From the NCBI GenBank assembly GCA_004431415.1, contig QPMI01000117.1:248001-312000 (forward strand): a DNA stretch of 64,000 nucleotides, written 5' to 3'. This document shows, in pieces, positions 1-13,200 of this stretch (the stretch's first letter is position 1; each line of letters starts with the position of its first letter). Made by a program: the position numbers and the translations under genes. This DNA comes from Cyanophora paradoxa CCMP329. Taxonomy: Eukaryota; Plantae; Glaucophyta. The notes below the pieces were generated by a model. It saw nothing but the letters and a program-made list of their open reading frames with translations. It had not been told where the DNA came from and did no database searches.

Positions 1-55
1 CAATGTTGTCTTGCGTGATCTATACGCGCATATAGATCGAGTCAGTGAACAAGTT

Positions 56-786
56 TCACTTTAGATTCAAATACAAGCTATTAAGCTGCACCCTCTCAAG
101 ATCTTTTTCGAGCCTGGCTGCGCGCTTTTCAAGAATGTTTGGAAATTTGAAAGCCGCGCGTCGCTTGGCCGGCTCAAGAACTCTCCTACAATCACCCGCG
201 GCCGGCGCGCCGGCAAGATCTGATGGCGCGGACCCTGCTCCGGTATCTCCTGACGACCTGATCTGCGCGAAAGGTCGCTTTCGGGAGATGCTAACCGCCA
301 CTTTAAGTTTCGACGAATTGCAGACCTCGAGCTCTTTTTCATGATCGGCCTGTAAAGGCTTTTGAGGACCTAGGCCTGACCCCTCCGTTAGAATGGCGCC
401 TCGAGCTCGCGCAAGCGCATCAGAAGGAAATTGGTATTGCCTATGCGACAAATTACAGTTGCAGTTTAGACTTGTAAATGAATACCTGAACTAGCCCTTG
501 TAGTACTTGCACCAGCGCACGTGTACGCATCAGTAGGATCGTGGACATTCCTGATTTCGAAACTGGACGTCGATATGTACAAAATTAGAAGTCGAAAAGT
601 AAAGTGCTGTCTATGCATCCGATTGCAACAGATCAAAGTTTCCGACCTGATAGGGGTGGCAAGTGATAGGACGCCCCTGTCATCATCATAACGAGCTTGT
701 TTATCCTTGGAGTCTGAAGCTTTTTCGCGATCAATCGCATAGTCTCCGCTGCCACCAAGAAACGATCCATGGCCACTCTCTGTCAC
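56..786 (-). CDS. possible exons of an uncharacterised minus-strand gene running off the left edge
   Basis: Two adjacent minus-strand ORFs (466-786, 56-451) with ordinary amino-acid composition; no recognisable motif; exon structure not resolved. Confidence 0.25.
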
Positions 787-1289
787 CGTACGTTGTTAGA
801 GCTGGGGACTTGATAAAAGAGCCACTGACTTGCCGCGCGCGTCAGTTGGGTCCGGGGAAGGGAATTTAATCATGTGAACGGGACTGTTGCACTGCAGTGG
901 CTTGGCATTCACAGCGCGCACAAGACTCGCACAAAATGGGCGGGGGGGCTGCAGTTTGGCAGCCCCGTGCGGGACTGCACTGTCACTGCACGGCCTTGTA
1001 CTTCTTACCGCCCTTGGTGTCCCCGCCCCCACGGCCGTCGCGCGCGTGAGGCCCTGAGGCGCGGCGGCCGCGGGAGCACGGGTGCGCGTGTGCGCGGGTG
1101 TGCGGCTTGCAATTGCCTAGAGCCTCGGAGGCTGGCCTCGAGCTCCGCGCGCGCGCGATCTGCATGCGCGGGCAAGCCTGGGCGCGGGCGCAGGGACACT
1201 GCTCGAGCTCATGATCGATATCACGCTCCGCTCATGATCATGATCAGAAAGCGGCCGGCGCCGGCGGCGGCTGCGCAGCGCTAGCGGGC

Positions 1290-1770
1290 CAGCTCAGCGG
1301 CTAGTGCGACCGGCTTAAGCTTGTGGCCCGCTCGCGCGCGGTTGGAGCGGCTGTGGCGCGCGCGGCGCCGGCTAGCGTCATGATCAGCGCTAGCAGATCT
1401 AGATCTAGCTATAGACTGCCGCGCGCGCGAGAGGCGTGACAGTTCAGATCATCGGCGCGAGAGCGTTGCAATTGAGAGCGCTATCCGATCATCGGATCGC
1501 GAGCTGAAGAGGAAGCGGCCGGATCCCGGCCTGCGTTGCGTCGACGTCGCGCGAGAGGCGTGACAGTTGAAGCCGCGGCCGGCGCAGAGCTGAATTTAAG
1601 AGGAATGCGAGTGCGCTAGTGCGACTGGCTTGTGGCCGAGCTCGGGTGCGTTGACCGTGCACGTGTCGAACCGAGCCGAGCTGTGGCGTGCGCGGCTGGC
1701 GCGCGCGGATAGCGATAGCTGCAGCAGAGTGCAGTTGAGCGCTATCCGATCATCGGATCGCGAGCTGTGC
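1290..1770. repeat. degenerate dispersed direct repeats
   Basis: GCGCTATCCGATCATCGGATCGCGAGCTG at ~1478 and ~1739; CGCGCGAGAGGCGTGACAGTT at ~1424 and ~1548; GCTAGTGCGAC(C/T)GGCTT at ~1300 and ~1615. Confidence 0.6.
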
Positions 1771-2213
1771 GGGGGGGGGGGAAGTGGTAGGGGGGGTCCG
1801 TAAACAGACTTTTGCAGGGTAAGTTAACGCACTCTCCAATGTGATTGGCTAGCGCGCGCGGCTTCCCTCCACGCGACCGCGCTCGCGTCTGGCCTCGCTC
1901 TCGCAGAACGAAATGTCGAGCATGATGCAAGCATCGACCTCGAACTGGTTTGGCCCTTATACCTGCTCCCTGTGCCTCGCTGGACCCCTTTTTGTCCCGG
2001 GTGTTGGTGCCTGTTCCTGGATCACCCTTTGGTCCGTCGGGACCGGGAGACATGGTTTCGGGATCCCCTTGTGATGGGCTTTCAGGATATACCGCGCGGC
2101 CCGGGTTTTGAGGAGGTCGGGGAAATGGGATTTGGGGTAGGGTTGGGCCCAAAGGACAGGGACAGGGGAAGTGTTTTTCCCTTCCCCAATTAGAGCCGTG
2201 AGATCAGAGTAAA

Positions 2214-2594
2214 TTAATATTTACCTGTATCTTCATGTTTGTCTATGCTATTCTCAGTAGTTTTTGCTCTTTTTACACCTCTAGTTTCGCAATTCATCTC
2301 ATGATCGAAGGCAGATGCGTGTTCAGCTGCTGAAGCTGCAGTTGCGCTAATTGGCTCAACGCGCACAACATCAATGGCATTTGATATTGTAGGTTGCGAT
2401 CTTTGTGTTTCGAATTCCCTCCTATCCACGGGTGCCGATGCAGCAGCAGCTGTTGCAGCTGCAGATGCGGCGATATCGATTCCGTTAACGCTGGTATCTG
2501 TAGGCTCGACACGTACAAAGGAGTCCGATGCTGCAGCTGCAGCTGCAGTCCCCACAGCTAGCGCTGCAGATGCCGTTTTTAAATTTGCGCTCAT
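2214..2594 (-). CDS. Ala-rich low-complexity ORF/exon with a repeated VRVEP motif
   Basis: MSANLKTASAALAVGTAAAAAASDSFVRVEP...DVVRVEPISATAASAA in the ORF track; no family match recognised. Confidence 0.25.
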   Translation of the reverse strand: MSANLKTASAALAVGTAAAAAASDSFVRVEPTDTSVNGIDIAASAAATAAAASAPVDRREFETQRSQPTISNAIDVVRVEPISATAASAAEHASAFDHEMNCETRGVKRAKTTENSIDKHEDTGKY

Positions 2595-4209
2595 TGGATC
2601 CGATGATTCCGATTTGGACGTGGGCGCTGCAGCTGCACGTCGAGGAACGGCTGTAATTCTTTTATATTTACCCGGCGCCGGCAGCTGCGGCTGATCGATA
2701 TCGATATCGATATCGCGAACGCGACTGGGGGGTTTGTAGCATGCACGTCCGGTGCCTGCGGTGCCTTTTTTACGCGTCAGGGGAGGCCTGTAGCGCGCGG
2801 TGGCTGCGGGCCGATGCTGACTGGCCGTAAGCGCGGGCGTTGGCACCCCCGAAACTGCTTCATTGGACTGCCGGGGCTGCAGCTGTGAGGTCGAGCCGCT
2901 GCCGATCTCACGTTTGCGTTTTGCTTCAATCTTTGCTCTTAGATCTGTGCATGCGCACAGTTAGTTATAGAAAATATAGAAAATTCAATTTGCACGCAAC
3001 CTGTGCTTTTGTTTGCTGTCGTATGATCATGATTGCTAAGCGTCGCTGGGCGCAAAAGCTTAGAACCCTGATTCCGGGAATCCTGCTGTAACTGCGGCTG
3101 CTGCAATTGTCGCTGCCGTAAAAGCTGCAGCTGCTGCAACTTTAAGTTCGAAAGCTGCGGCGCTGGGGCGCTTGGAACTGTTATTTTGGCTGCGGATGGA
3201 GATCTAGCGATAGAGCTTGCGGGGCTGATAACGGAGGCCGATCGCGATCGCGAGGGCTTGAGGCCGCCGAGCCCGCGGCCGAACATGGGGTGCATCCTCC
3301 GGAGTCCCCACCTCGGGATCGATCTGTGAGTGTGCGTGATCATGATATATAAATATGTAAGAAATCAAGAAGCCTTTGAAGGAGCTCTATATATATACAG
3401 CGCTTGCAATCGTCACGGTTGAACTTCGCGCGGGGGCCGCGGCCGCGGGAGCCTCGGAGGTCTATAGCTATATATATTGAATTCGGGAAGCTAAAACCTA
3501 GTATTCATAAGGTTCGCTTACGACCCTAGCTATGAACTCGATGACGAAGATAATCGAATATAGATATCGGGCTAGCTAGCTATATGTATAGCGCTAGTGC
3601 TGCAGCTGGGTGCACGTGTCGGCGCGAATGCGAGCGCTCGCGGTCGCACCTCAAGCCTTCCAAATCTGTGCAACTCCCAGCTGCAGGAGTTGATGTACGT
3701 CGCCGAGCTCGAGTCGATATCGATTGACCGCGCGCGCCGCGCGCGGCGCCAGCGGCCGGCGCGCGGCCCAGTCGACGGGGCGCGGTTGGAGCTGCGGCCC
3801 GGGCGGGGAACATTAGATAGCTGCGCATGACTACGGTACGCCACGTCCACGTCCGCTAGCGCTGCCCCACGCGCGCGCGTCGGGGATCCGGACCGCGCGC
3901 GCGCGCTGGGCCGGCCGCGCGCGGGACGCGTACGTGAAGGGCGTCGCCTAAATGTCACGCGCGGGGAAGTACTATCTTTCTGATCTGACGATCACCCGCG
4001 CGCGTGCGCCGATCGCCCTCTTAGATCTCTAACAGCCGCCGTACGTACGGCTCTGATCGTACGCACCGGCTCTAACGAGGCCGACGTTCGCGATCCGCGT
4101 GCTCTCAACGGCGTCCTCTCGCCAGCCTTAGCGCTCGAAGGCCTAGAAGTTCAGTGCGGGGGTACACCCGAGAACCGCGACCAGACCGCCCGCCGGCGCC
4201 TCTGAGGCG

Positions 4210-7200
4210 ATGGCGGGCGCCGGCCTGACGTACGAGCGTGCGCTGCGGGCGGTCCGGGCGCGCGCGGAGGGCCAGATCTTCCCCAGAGACGAGGACACCG
4301 TGCGCCGGCCCGCCGCGCGCCCTCGCGCTCGGCAGCCGCATCTCCGCCCTTCCCTCGGTCCTGTACAGGCGGCCTCGTTCCCCGCGAGGCCGGCCGCGCG
4401 TAGCTAATACACCCGAGGCTCCCGAGCTCGAGCGCTAGCTGGAGGCTGCGCGCGGGCCGCCGGCCGAGCGAAGAGACGTGCGCTTACGCCGAGGGCCCTC
4501 CGGCGCAGGAGGCGGGCCTCCCGCTGCACGCGGCGGTCTGCGCGTGGCGGGAGCTTCGGGAGGAGGCGGAGCTCGTCGCCGAGCGCCACGCGGCGGCCCT
4601 CAACTCCGCCGCCGACCGCTACGGATGCCTCGCGCTGTGAGCGGCCGCGCCGCCCCTCCCGGATCGGCGCGCGCTGATCGGCGCTCGGCGGCGGCGGCGG
4701 CGCGGCGCAGGCACCACTGCGCGTACTCGAACGCGCGGGCGGAGGCGGCGCGCTGGCTGCTGGCGCGCGGCGCGGACGTCGACGGGCGGAGCGCCTCGCG
4801 GCGGACGCCGCTCCACGAGTCCGTCGAGAGCGGGTGCGGCCCGAGCGGCCCGAGCCCGGCCCGAGCCCGCCGAGCCGCCCGCCCGGAGCCCGAGCCCGAG
4901 CGCGCGGCGCGGCGGACGGCGCAGGACGCTGGAGGTGGCGCGGGTGCTGCTGGCGGCGGGGCGGACGCGGCGGCCGCCGACGAGGGCGGGAAGCAGCCGC
5001 TCCACCTCGCCTGCCACGGTCCGCCCCGCCCCGCCCCGCCCCGCCCCGCCCGCCCCGCCCCGCCCCGCCCCGCCCGCCCCGACTTCGTTCGCAGGGGACG
5101 CGCCGGAGCTCGTGGGGGCGCTGCTCGACGCGGGGGCCGACGCGCGCGCCGCCGACGCCGACGGCGCCACTCCGCTCCACTTCGCCGCCTACGCCCGCCA
5201 GAAGCCGGCGCGCCGTGATTTGATCTATCCCCCTCCCTCCCGCCCGCCCGCCGGCCCCTGACGCCCCGCCGCCCGCCCGCAGAGGAACCGCGAAGCGCAG
5301 GCACGCGTACCCCTCCCGCCCGCTTTTACACGGGACTGACGGGTACCCCTCACAGGCCGCGATCCTGGCGATCCTCACCAAGAGGGGCCAGATGGGTACG
5401 TGGATCCGTTCCCGGGGTACCGCGCTCCATTCCCACCCGCGCCCCGCAGCCCGGGCCGACTTCGCGCGCTGCACGGCGAGCGGCGCGTCGCCCCTCGGCG
5501 CCGCCGTCCGGTGCGCCGCCGTACCCCCCGAGGCGCGGCCGGCGGAGGGTGACGGCGTACCCGCCAGGCTGGAGCTCGTACCCCTCGTGGAGCAGATGCT
5601 GGCGGCGGGGGCGGACCCGAACGACGGCGAGGCAGGGGGGGAGGCGCGCCCGCACCTGTACGCCGCCCTGAAGGGCTGGCAGGGGGTGCGACCGTACCCC
5701 CCCGACCCGCATTTGAAACTGAAAGGACTTTTTCGAACTGAACTGAATCGACTTTTTTCCAGTTTGGCAACGTTCGAATGGCGAGGGCGCTCGTTGCCGC
5801 CGGAGCGGACTGCTCCCTGTACCCCCCCCCCTTGCCCCCTGTACCCCTCCCGCCCCAGGATTGACGGTACCCCCCGCAGGACGGTCCCCGGGGAGGAGGC
5901 GCCTCTCGCGATCGCGATGGGCGTCGGACGGCGACCTGTGCGCTGTACCCCCCTTCCCTTCCACCCCCCCCTTCTGAGCCCTCCTCCCCAGAGGCAGGAT
6001 GGGGGGGAGGATGGACGGGACTCCTGGCGGGCCCTCGTCGCCGAGGCGCGTACCCCCCCCCACGCCAACTGTACCCCTCAGGACCCGCCTCATCACGCGC
6101 CCCCAGATGATCGATCGGGGCGCCCCCGTCAGCGGCCGGACCCTCGACGGTACCCCCCTTCCCCGCACCTCCTCCTCCTCCCCCCCTCCCCGAGAGTGCC
6201 TGGCAGGGGTGCCCCTGCTGGTGCTGGCGTGCTCGCACGGGATGGGCCCCGCCGTCCTCCGCCGCATGCTCGAGCGCGGCGCCGGTGCGCGCCGTTCCCC
6301 TGCGGCGCGCCCGGCCCCCTCCGGCCCTCTGTCTTACGCCGCGGCAGACGCGAACGAGGGGGACCGGCGGGGCGTGACGCCGCTCGCCGCGGCGGCCGCG
6401 CGCGCCGCCGAGGGGGACCCCTTCCACCAGACCGAGGCGGGCACCCCCGGCCCTTCCCCCCCCACCTCCCCTTCTGTACCCCTCAACTCTGCGGCAGGTC
6501 ATGCGGCTGCTGCTGGATGCGGGGGCCGACCCCAACGCCCGCACCGACGCCGCCTACTACGCCATGGGCGTGCGCCCCTTTCCTTCCCCTCTTACTTTGC
6601 CTACCCTCCGCCCTTACTTTGGGCGCAGGGGGCGGCGGGGGGGGCGCCGCGGGTGCCGCTGGTCTTCGCGTGCGCGGCGCGCGGCACCGCAGAGGGCGTC
6701 CGCCTCCTCCTCGCCCGGTACCCCCCCGGCACCCGGTACCCCTTAAGCTTGCTTGCTGAGGGTCGGGGCCGGGCCGGCGGGCGGGGGCAGCGGGGCGGGG
6801 GCGGGGGCGGTGGACCACGAGGGTTCCTCCCTCCTCCACCTCGCCATCGCCAACGTGCGCTCGGGCCCGCCCCGGCCCCGGCTCGTCGAGCCAAGCCGAG
6901 CCGCGGCCCGCGGCCTAATGAACGGGCGGCAGGGGTGGGAGGAGGTCGCGGAGCTCGTCCTCGGGGCCGGCGTCCCCGTGCGCTGCGCCCGGCCGCCCTC
7001 GCCTTTGAATTCCCGGGCGCGCGGCTCAGCCGTCCCGCCCTATTTTTAGGTGGACGCGGGGGACGGGAAGGGGCGGACGGCCCTCGCCGCCGCGTGCGCC
7101 CGTCGATCCCGACCGCATTTCGTCGATCCCGAACGCATTTCGTCGATCCCGAACGCATTTCGTCGATCCCGAACGCATTTCGTCGATCCCGAACGCATTT

Positions 7201-10200
7201 CGTCGATCCCGAACGAATGCAGGCGGGGGCGGACCCGAACGTCGCGGACGGGGAGGGCGCCACGCCCTTCCTCCTCTGCGCCGAGGCCGGGTGCGCAGGG
7301 CTGTACAGTCCGCTGGAGACCGCCGCCGTGGCCGCCGCCGACTTCGTTCGCAGGTACCTGGAGCTGGCGGAGCTGGTGCTGGGGGCCGGCGCCCGCCCCG
7401 ACGGTGCCTTCCGAATTCCCCGCCCCGGCCCGCCCCGGCCTCTTCCCTTGCCCTTAACGGGGCGGCAGCGGTGGACGGGCGGGGCCGCGGCTTCTTCCAC
7501 TTCATGGCCCGCTTCCGGTGCGAACGAAGTTTCCTCCGGATTCGAAGTCTTCCCCCGCAGGGCTTCTAACTCGAGCCGCGCGGCGCAGGCGCGTGCTGAA
7601 CGAGAGCGACATCGAGGTGCCGCTGATCTGATCTGATCTGATCCGATCTGATCTGATCTGATCTGAGCGCCCCGCGGCGTGCGTGCGCAGGTCTTCGCGG
7701 CGGCGGGGGCGCCCCACGACCTGCGCGACAAGTCCGGCAGCACCCCGCTCCTCGTGCGCCCGTGGCCGGCCCCACGCAAACAATTTTCGATCCCCGCTGA
7801 GCGCACCGCGGCCGGCCTCAGATCGCGTGCGACACGCGGGCGTACGCCCTCGCCAACTGGCTCTACCGCAAGGGGTACCCCCCTCCTTCTCCCTTGCACT
7901 ATTCCCTGTCCTCAGCCCTTGGCCGCAGGGCGGACGTGAACGCGCGGAACGAGGAGGGGGACACCCCCTTCCTCGAGAGCCTCGAGGCCCGCCCCCGCCT
8001 GCCCGCCCCCGCCCGCCTGCCTCTGACCAGCGCGCCCGCCGGCACCGCCCCGGCCGGGCCGCAGGGCTCCTTCAACTCGACGATGGACAACCTTGAGGTC
8101 CTCATGATCAAGGTACCGTCCCGCTCCAGGGGCCTTCCTCCCGCAGGACGCAGGTCGCTCTCTAGGCGGCTCCGTTCTGACGCTCCGGGGATTGCTCTCC
8201 GGCCCGGCGGTCTAGGCCCGGGGATAGCGCTTCCCTCCCTGGCGGCACGGTTCTGACGCTCGGGGAATCGCAGGAGGGGCGGGCGGACCCGCACGCGACG
8301 GCGCCGGACGGGCGCTCGGCCCTCCACCTCGCGGTGGGCCCCGGCCCCTCGCCTCCGTCCCTCCGCGCCCTTGACCCTACTCGAGCTTTCCCGCGCCCAA
8401 CCTCTCCTCGCACATCTAGACTCCACCCGGCCGCGCCCCGAGAGCCTCTCACCCGGCTGAGCCCCCCCGACCCCGGCCCCGCAGCTGGCGAAGGAGAACC
8501 TGGCGGCGTCCGGGGCGCTCGTCGCCCGCGGCGCCGACCCCCTCCGCACCGTCCGCCCGCCCCTCGCAGCACGCCCTGCTCTGCTCTGACCCGAGCCCCC
8601 CGCGCGGGATCGCAGTCGGGGCGGGACGGGGAGACGCCGCTCGCCCTCGCCGCCTCCCGCGGCTACTTGCCCCTCGTCGAGGTGCCCCCCCCCCCCCCCC
8701 CCCCTCCCCCGGCCGCCTCCTGCCAACATTTCCTCATTTCTTGCTCAGGCGATGTGCAAGAGCGTCGCCGCCTCGGGGCGCTCCTCGGGTGCCTCCCCTT
8801 TAGCTTCCCACCTCTTTCCTCCCCTTTGACTTCCCATCCTTGTCCTCTTCCTCTCCTTCCTCTCTGAACCTGGGGACAGAGATCGACGGGCGGCTGGCGG
8901 GCGGCGCGACGGCGCTCCTGGCGGCCGTGCGCGCCGGCCACAGGGGCGTCGCCCAGAGTGCGTGTCTCCTTTATTAAAGGGTGCCCCTTTCATTTGATTC
9001 TGACCCGCCGGACCCGCCGCACGCGCAGCGCTGCACGCGCACGGGGCGAGCGCAGCAGTGGCGGACGAGGAGGGGGAGACGCCCGTCCTCTCCGCCACGC
9101 GGGCGAGCAGCCCGCTCTGTTCTACCTCTTCGTTCCATCTAAAACGGCCTTCGTTCGCGTTTTGCAGACGGCGGCGCGGCACGCAAGGGAGGCGAGGGAG
9201 AGCGAGGTCGTGGACGCCCGGGTACGTCGTAAACCTTTCTCTCGTCTTTTGAATTTGAATTTGAATCTGTTGCTTTGGTGCGCGCGTGCAGGCGGCGGCG
9301 CATGGCGATCAGTTCCACGGGTTCCACGCCCCGCAGCCCCTCGTCGCCCGCCGCAGCACGCTGGACCACGTCGAGCCCGAATCGGCGCCCGTCGCGGTCC
9401 GATCCGCTGCCCTCCGCTCCGCTCGCTTTAATAGTAATTTGCCACGCGATTACGACTGCCCACCGCGCGCAGGCGAGGCAGCCGCGGCTGGCGCCGCTGC
9501 CGCGCTCCGTCAGCGCCGCCACGAGCAAGGAGTGGGCCGAGGCGAAGCGGTGCGGGCCGCGCCCGCGCCATTGGATCGAACAAGCGAACAGTGCCATCGA
9601 CGTCGACTCTGTCATTTCGGACAGGTTCGAGGAGCTGGCGGCGTGGCTGGTCAAGGGCGCCCGGGCCCCGCTCGCCGCCCAGGACGCCGACGGGGTGCGC
9701 CCCTCTGAAATCATTGCTGAGAAAACCGGCGCCTGAGCGGGGCGGGGCTGCGGGGGCAGAACACGGCGCTGCACCTGGCGGTGGGCGGCGGCCTCGTGGA
9801 CCTCGCCAAGGCACACCGGCCTCGCACCACACCGCACCGCTCGCGCCCGTTTCCGTTTTATTTTGACGGGTGCGGCGTGCGCAGGCGATGCTGGTGGCGG
9901 CCGCCGACCCCATGATCACCAACAAGGCCCGCCCTCCCGCCGCCTCCCGGCCGCTCTAGCTCTGAATTAGAAAGGCTCTCTTCTGCGAGCCGCGCTTCAG
10001 AGCTAGGGCGCTTCAGAGCTCTTTGGGCCTCTAGGCGCTTCCAGGCGCTTTGAGAGCCCTCAGCGACCTCTATGGCTAGAAGGGATCTGAGTCTTGGGCC
10101 CTTCTCTGCGAGGCCGCGGCCTCTGATTCCTCCCTGCGCCCGCCCGCGCCTCGCCTCCGCCGCAGGAGGGGAAGACGGCGTTCGAGATGACGGACGACGT

Positions 10201-13200
10201 CCGCCTCCGCTTCGAGCTCAAGGCCCGCCCCCGCCCCGGCCCCGCCCACCTCCATGCACATGACCATGAGCTGAGCGCGGCGCGCAGGCCTCCTCCCAGG
10301 CGCGGGACGTTTTTATAAGGTGCGCCCCGCCCCCTCCTCGCCTTCGGTCCTATATGGGTCCGCCTGCGCCTAGAGCGTTCGCTGACAGGGCGCGCGCGCG
10401 CGCGCGCAGCTACGCGCACAAGCCGCCCGAGATCGCCGAGTTCGCCACGCGCCTCCGGTGCGACTGCCGACGAAAGGAGCCGGAAACCTGTAATCCGTCT
10501 CGCGTTTCTAACATGCGCCCCCGCCCGGCCCGGCGCGCCCCGCCCGGCGCGCCGCAGGGACGCGCTGGAGGCGCGGCACCTCTCCTGCTGGCTCGACCAG
10601 ATGAAGCCCTCCGGTGCGCTCCCTGATCGTGATCTGAGCTTCCTTCTCTTTGGCTGAGCGGCGGGGCGGGGCGGGGCGGGGCAGGGATCGCGGCGGGGAC
10701 GGAGTGGCGGCAGGAGATCGGGCGCGGCATCCGCGCTTCCTGCGCCGTCGTCTTCGTCGCCAGGCGCCGACCTCGCACGCTCCTTTGAATCGTGCGCCTG
10801 CGCCTGACGCTCCGCAGCACGCACTCGTGCTCCTCGGAGTGGTGCAAGTGCGCCGCCCCGGCCCGGCCCGCCGCCCGACCCTTGGCTTCCCATTCTCGCT
10901 CCCGTCTGAGCGTCAACGGACAGGCGGGAGCTGGCGCTGGCACGGGCGCTGGGGCGCCCCATCCTCCCCGTCTGGCGCGAGCTCGTGCCCCTCGACGAGG
11001 AGGCCCGCCCCGCCGCCCCCGCGAACCCGCACGCCCTCGCCTTGCAGAGGCCTTTAACCTATGCGTCGCAGATGAAGAGCTACCTGTGGAAGACCCAGTT
11101 TGCGTGCGCCCCGACCCGCGCCGCCCCGCCCACCTGACGAATTGACCCGAACTGACGAGCGTGCATGGCCTCGAACCCTTAGTGACTTCACGAAGGTCTG
11201 TGCTTCTCGATCGGCAGGACCCGATCTGACCCGATCGGCCCCGCCGGCCGCGGGCAGGACGCGGGGTTCCAGCCGGCGCTCGACTCGCTCGCCTCGACCC
11301 TCGGCGACATCGTTGGCCGCGAGAAGGTTCTTTTGCGAGCTTTACAATCCATCAGAAACGAATCTTATATATATATTACTCTTTCTTGTCAGGCTGCGCG
11401 GGACGCGGCGGAGGCGAGCGAGGCGGCCGGGGCGGCCGCGGGCGGCCCCGGTGGTGTACATGTCGGGGAGGAGGAGGAGGAGCGGCGGGCGGCGGAGGGG
11501 GCGCCGATCGTGGACCCGACGCGGGACGGGGACGACGCGCCGCCCTTCCTCGTCGTCTGCCACGCCGGCAGGTGACCGTAGCTAATCTCTCAGCTTGAAC
11601 TCACTCTAAAGTTTCACCCTTTCCATCCAACTCGTTTGCGGGGCAGGGAGCCCTTGACCTAATCTCTCGGGCTTGAACTCTTAAACCCCAATCCTTCCAT
11701 CTAACGAAGTTTTGTGCACGAAGTCGACAGGTCTACTACCTAAGCCTTTACCTCAGCTCTAAGCTTACACTCTTAAAGCCCCACTCCTTCCATCTAAAGA
11801 GTTTTGTGCGGCAGGGAGCCCGGGTTCGCGGGGCGGCTGGCGCGGGGCCTGCGGGCCGGGGGCGTCGCCTGCTGGCTCGACGCCGCCCCCGACGAGGAGG
11901 AGGGGCAGGGGGAGGGAGGGCGCGGCGCGGGGGAGGGGGGAGGAGGCGGCGGGGCCGGCGGGGCGGGGGCGCGGGCCATCGGGCACCCCAAGTGCGCGGG
12001 GCTCGTCCCCGTCCTCAGGTGCCGCCTCCGATTCCCCTTCGATAATTTCCGATCCCGTTCTAATTCTTCCTCCTGCCGTTTTTACACCTAATTCCGCTCT
12101 TGTCTCTAATTCCGTTCGCTTTTTCGTTCTCATTCCGTCCTTAGGTGCCGATTCTCATTCCCTCATTCCCTCTCTGCAACCGCTGCGCACCTGCCGGCCT
12201 CTCCTTGACTCGCATCCCTCGTCCCTCCGCCCGTGCCGGGGCCGCCCCCGCAGCGCGCGGACGATCGGGAGCGACGCGCTGCGCGACCGCTGCGCCCTCG
12301 CCGAGGACGCCGGCCCGCCCCGCGCCGCGCCGCCCCGCCGCCCTCTCTGTCGCCCAAGCTCGGCTCACTGAGCTCCCTTCGGGTCGCCTTGCTCGCAGGC
12401 CTGCCCCTCTTCCCTGCCCTCCTCGCCGAGGCCCGCCCTCCCTCCACTTCCCCTCGGGCCGCGCCCTTTAGATCTCCCCTGAGCGGATTGTGCGGCAGCT
12501 GGGGGGCGGGGCGGAGGCGGACGCGCTGGCGTACTCGCTGGCGCGGGCGCCCTCCCTCTCCTTCACCGACCTCTTCGGGTTCCCCCGGTCCGCCCCCCCG
12601 CCCGCCCGTCCGCTTAAGAAAGTCTCGATCCGGCAAAGGCCTCGCACGGCGCTCCTTGAGCCCGCGCCCGCTGACGGCGCCCCGGCTCGCCCGCAGGGAC
12701 CTGGACCGGCTTGTGGAGGAGATCCGGCGGGGCGCCCCCGCCGCCGCCCGCCCCGGCGGTGCGCGCGGAACATGGGACGGCTCGTTGAGGGCTGTCAGGC
12801 TCAGCCAGGTCGCAGGGGAGCCCGTCGTTGCGGCGGCGCCCCTGGCGCGGCCCGCGGGGCCGGGGGCGCCTGCAGCTGGCGGGCACGGATCCGCGGCCGT
12901 GGCAGGGGCCGCGGGCACTGCAGGCGGGGCGGACGAGGCGGCGTCGCTCCGGGCAGAGGCGAGCGAGCGCTTTAGATCTGTACATTCGCATCCCGTCTGA
13001 CGGCGCCGCTTCAGGTGGAGCGGCTGAGGCGGCAGGTCGCTCAGCTGCGGGCGGAGAACTCCGCCCTCCGCTCCGCATCCGCCGCCTCGAGCTCCGGACC
13101 CGCTCCCGCAGCCGCGGCGCCGGCCGCGGCACCGCGCTCGGCGCCGGGGCTCGCGGCGAAAACCGCGGGGGGGGGAATGAAGCCGGGGGAGCGGCGGCAA

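Noticed and set aside
1770-2213. Possible transposon or retroelement end after a poly-G tract
   Set aside because: No TIR, TSD, LTR partner or coding remnant could be identified
7101-7215. Regular 20-bp repeats resembling a CRISPR array
   Set aside because: Units are contiguous with no spacers, lie inside a spliceosomal intron, and there are no cas genes
10303-11002. Bacterial Thoeris/TIR defence operon
   Set aside because: The TIR is split by spliceosomal introns; no operon structure or partner genes
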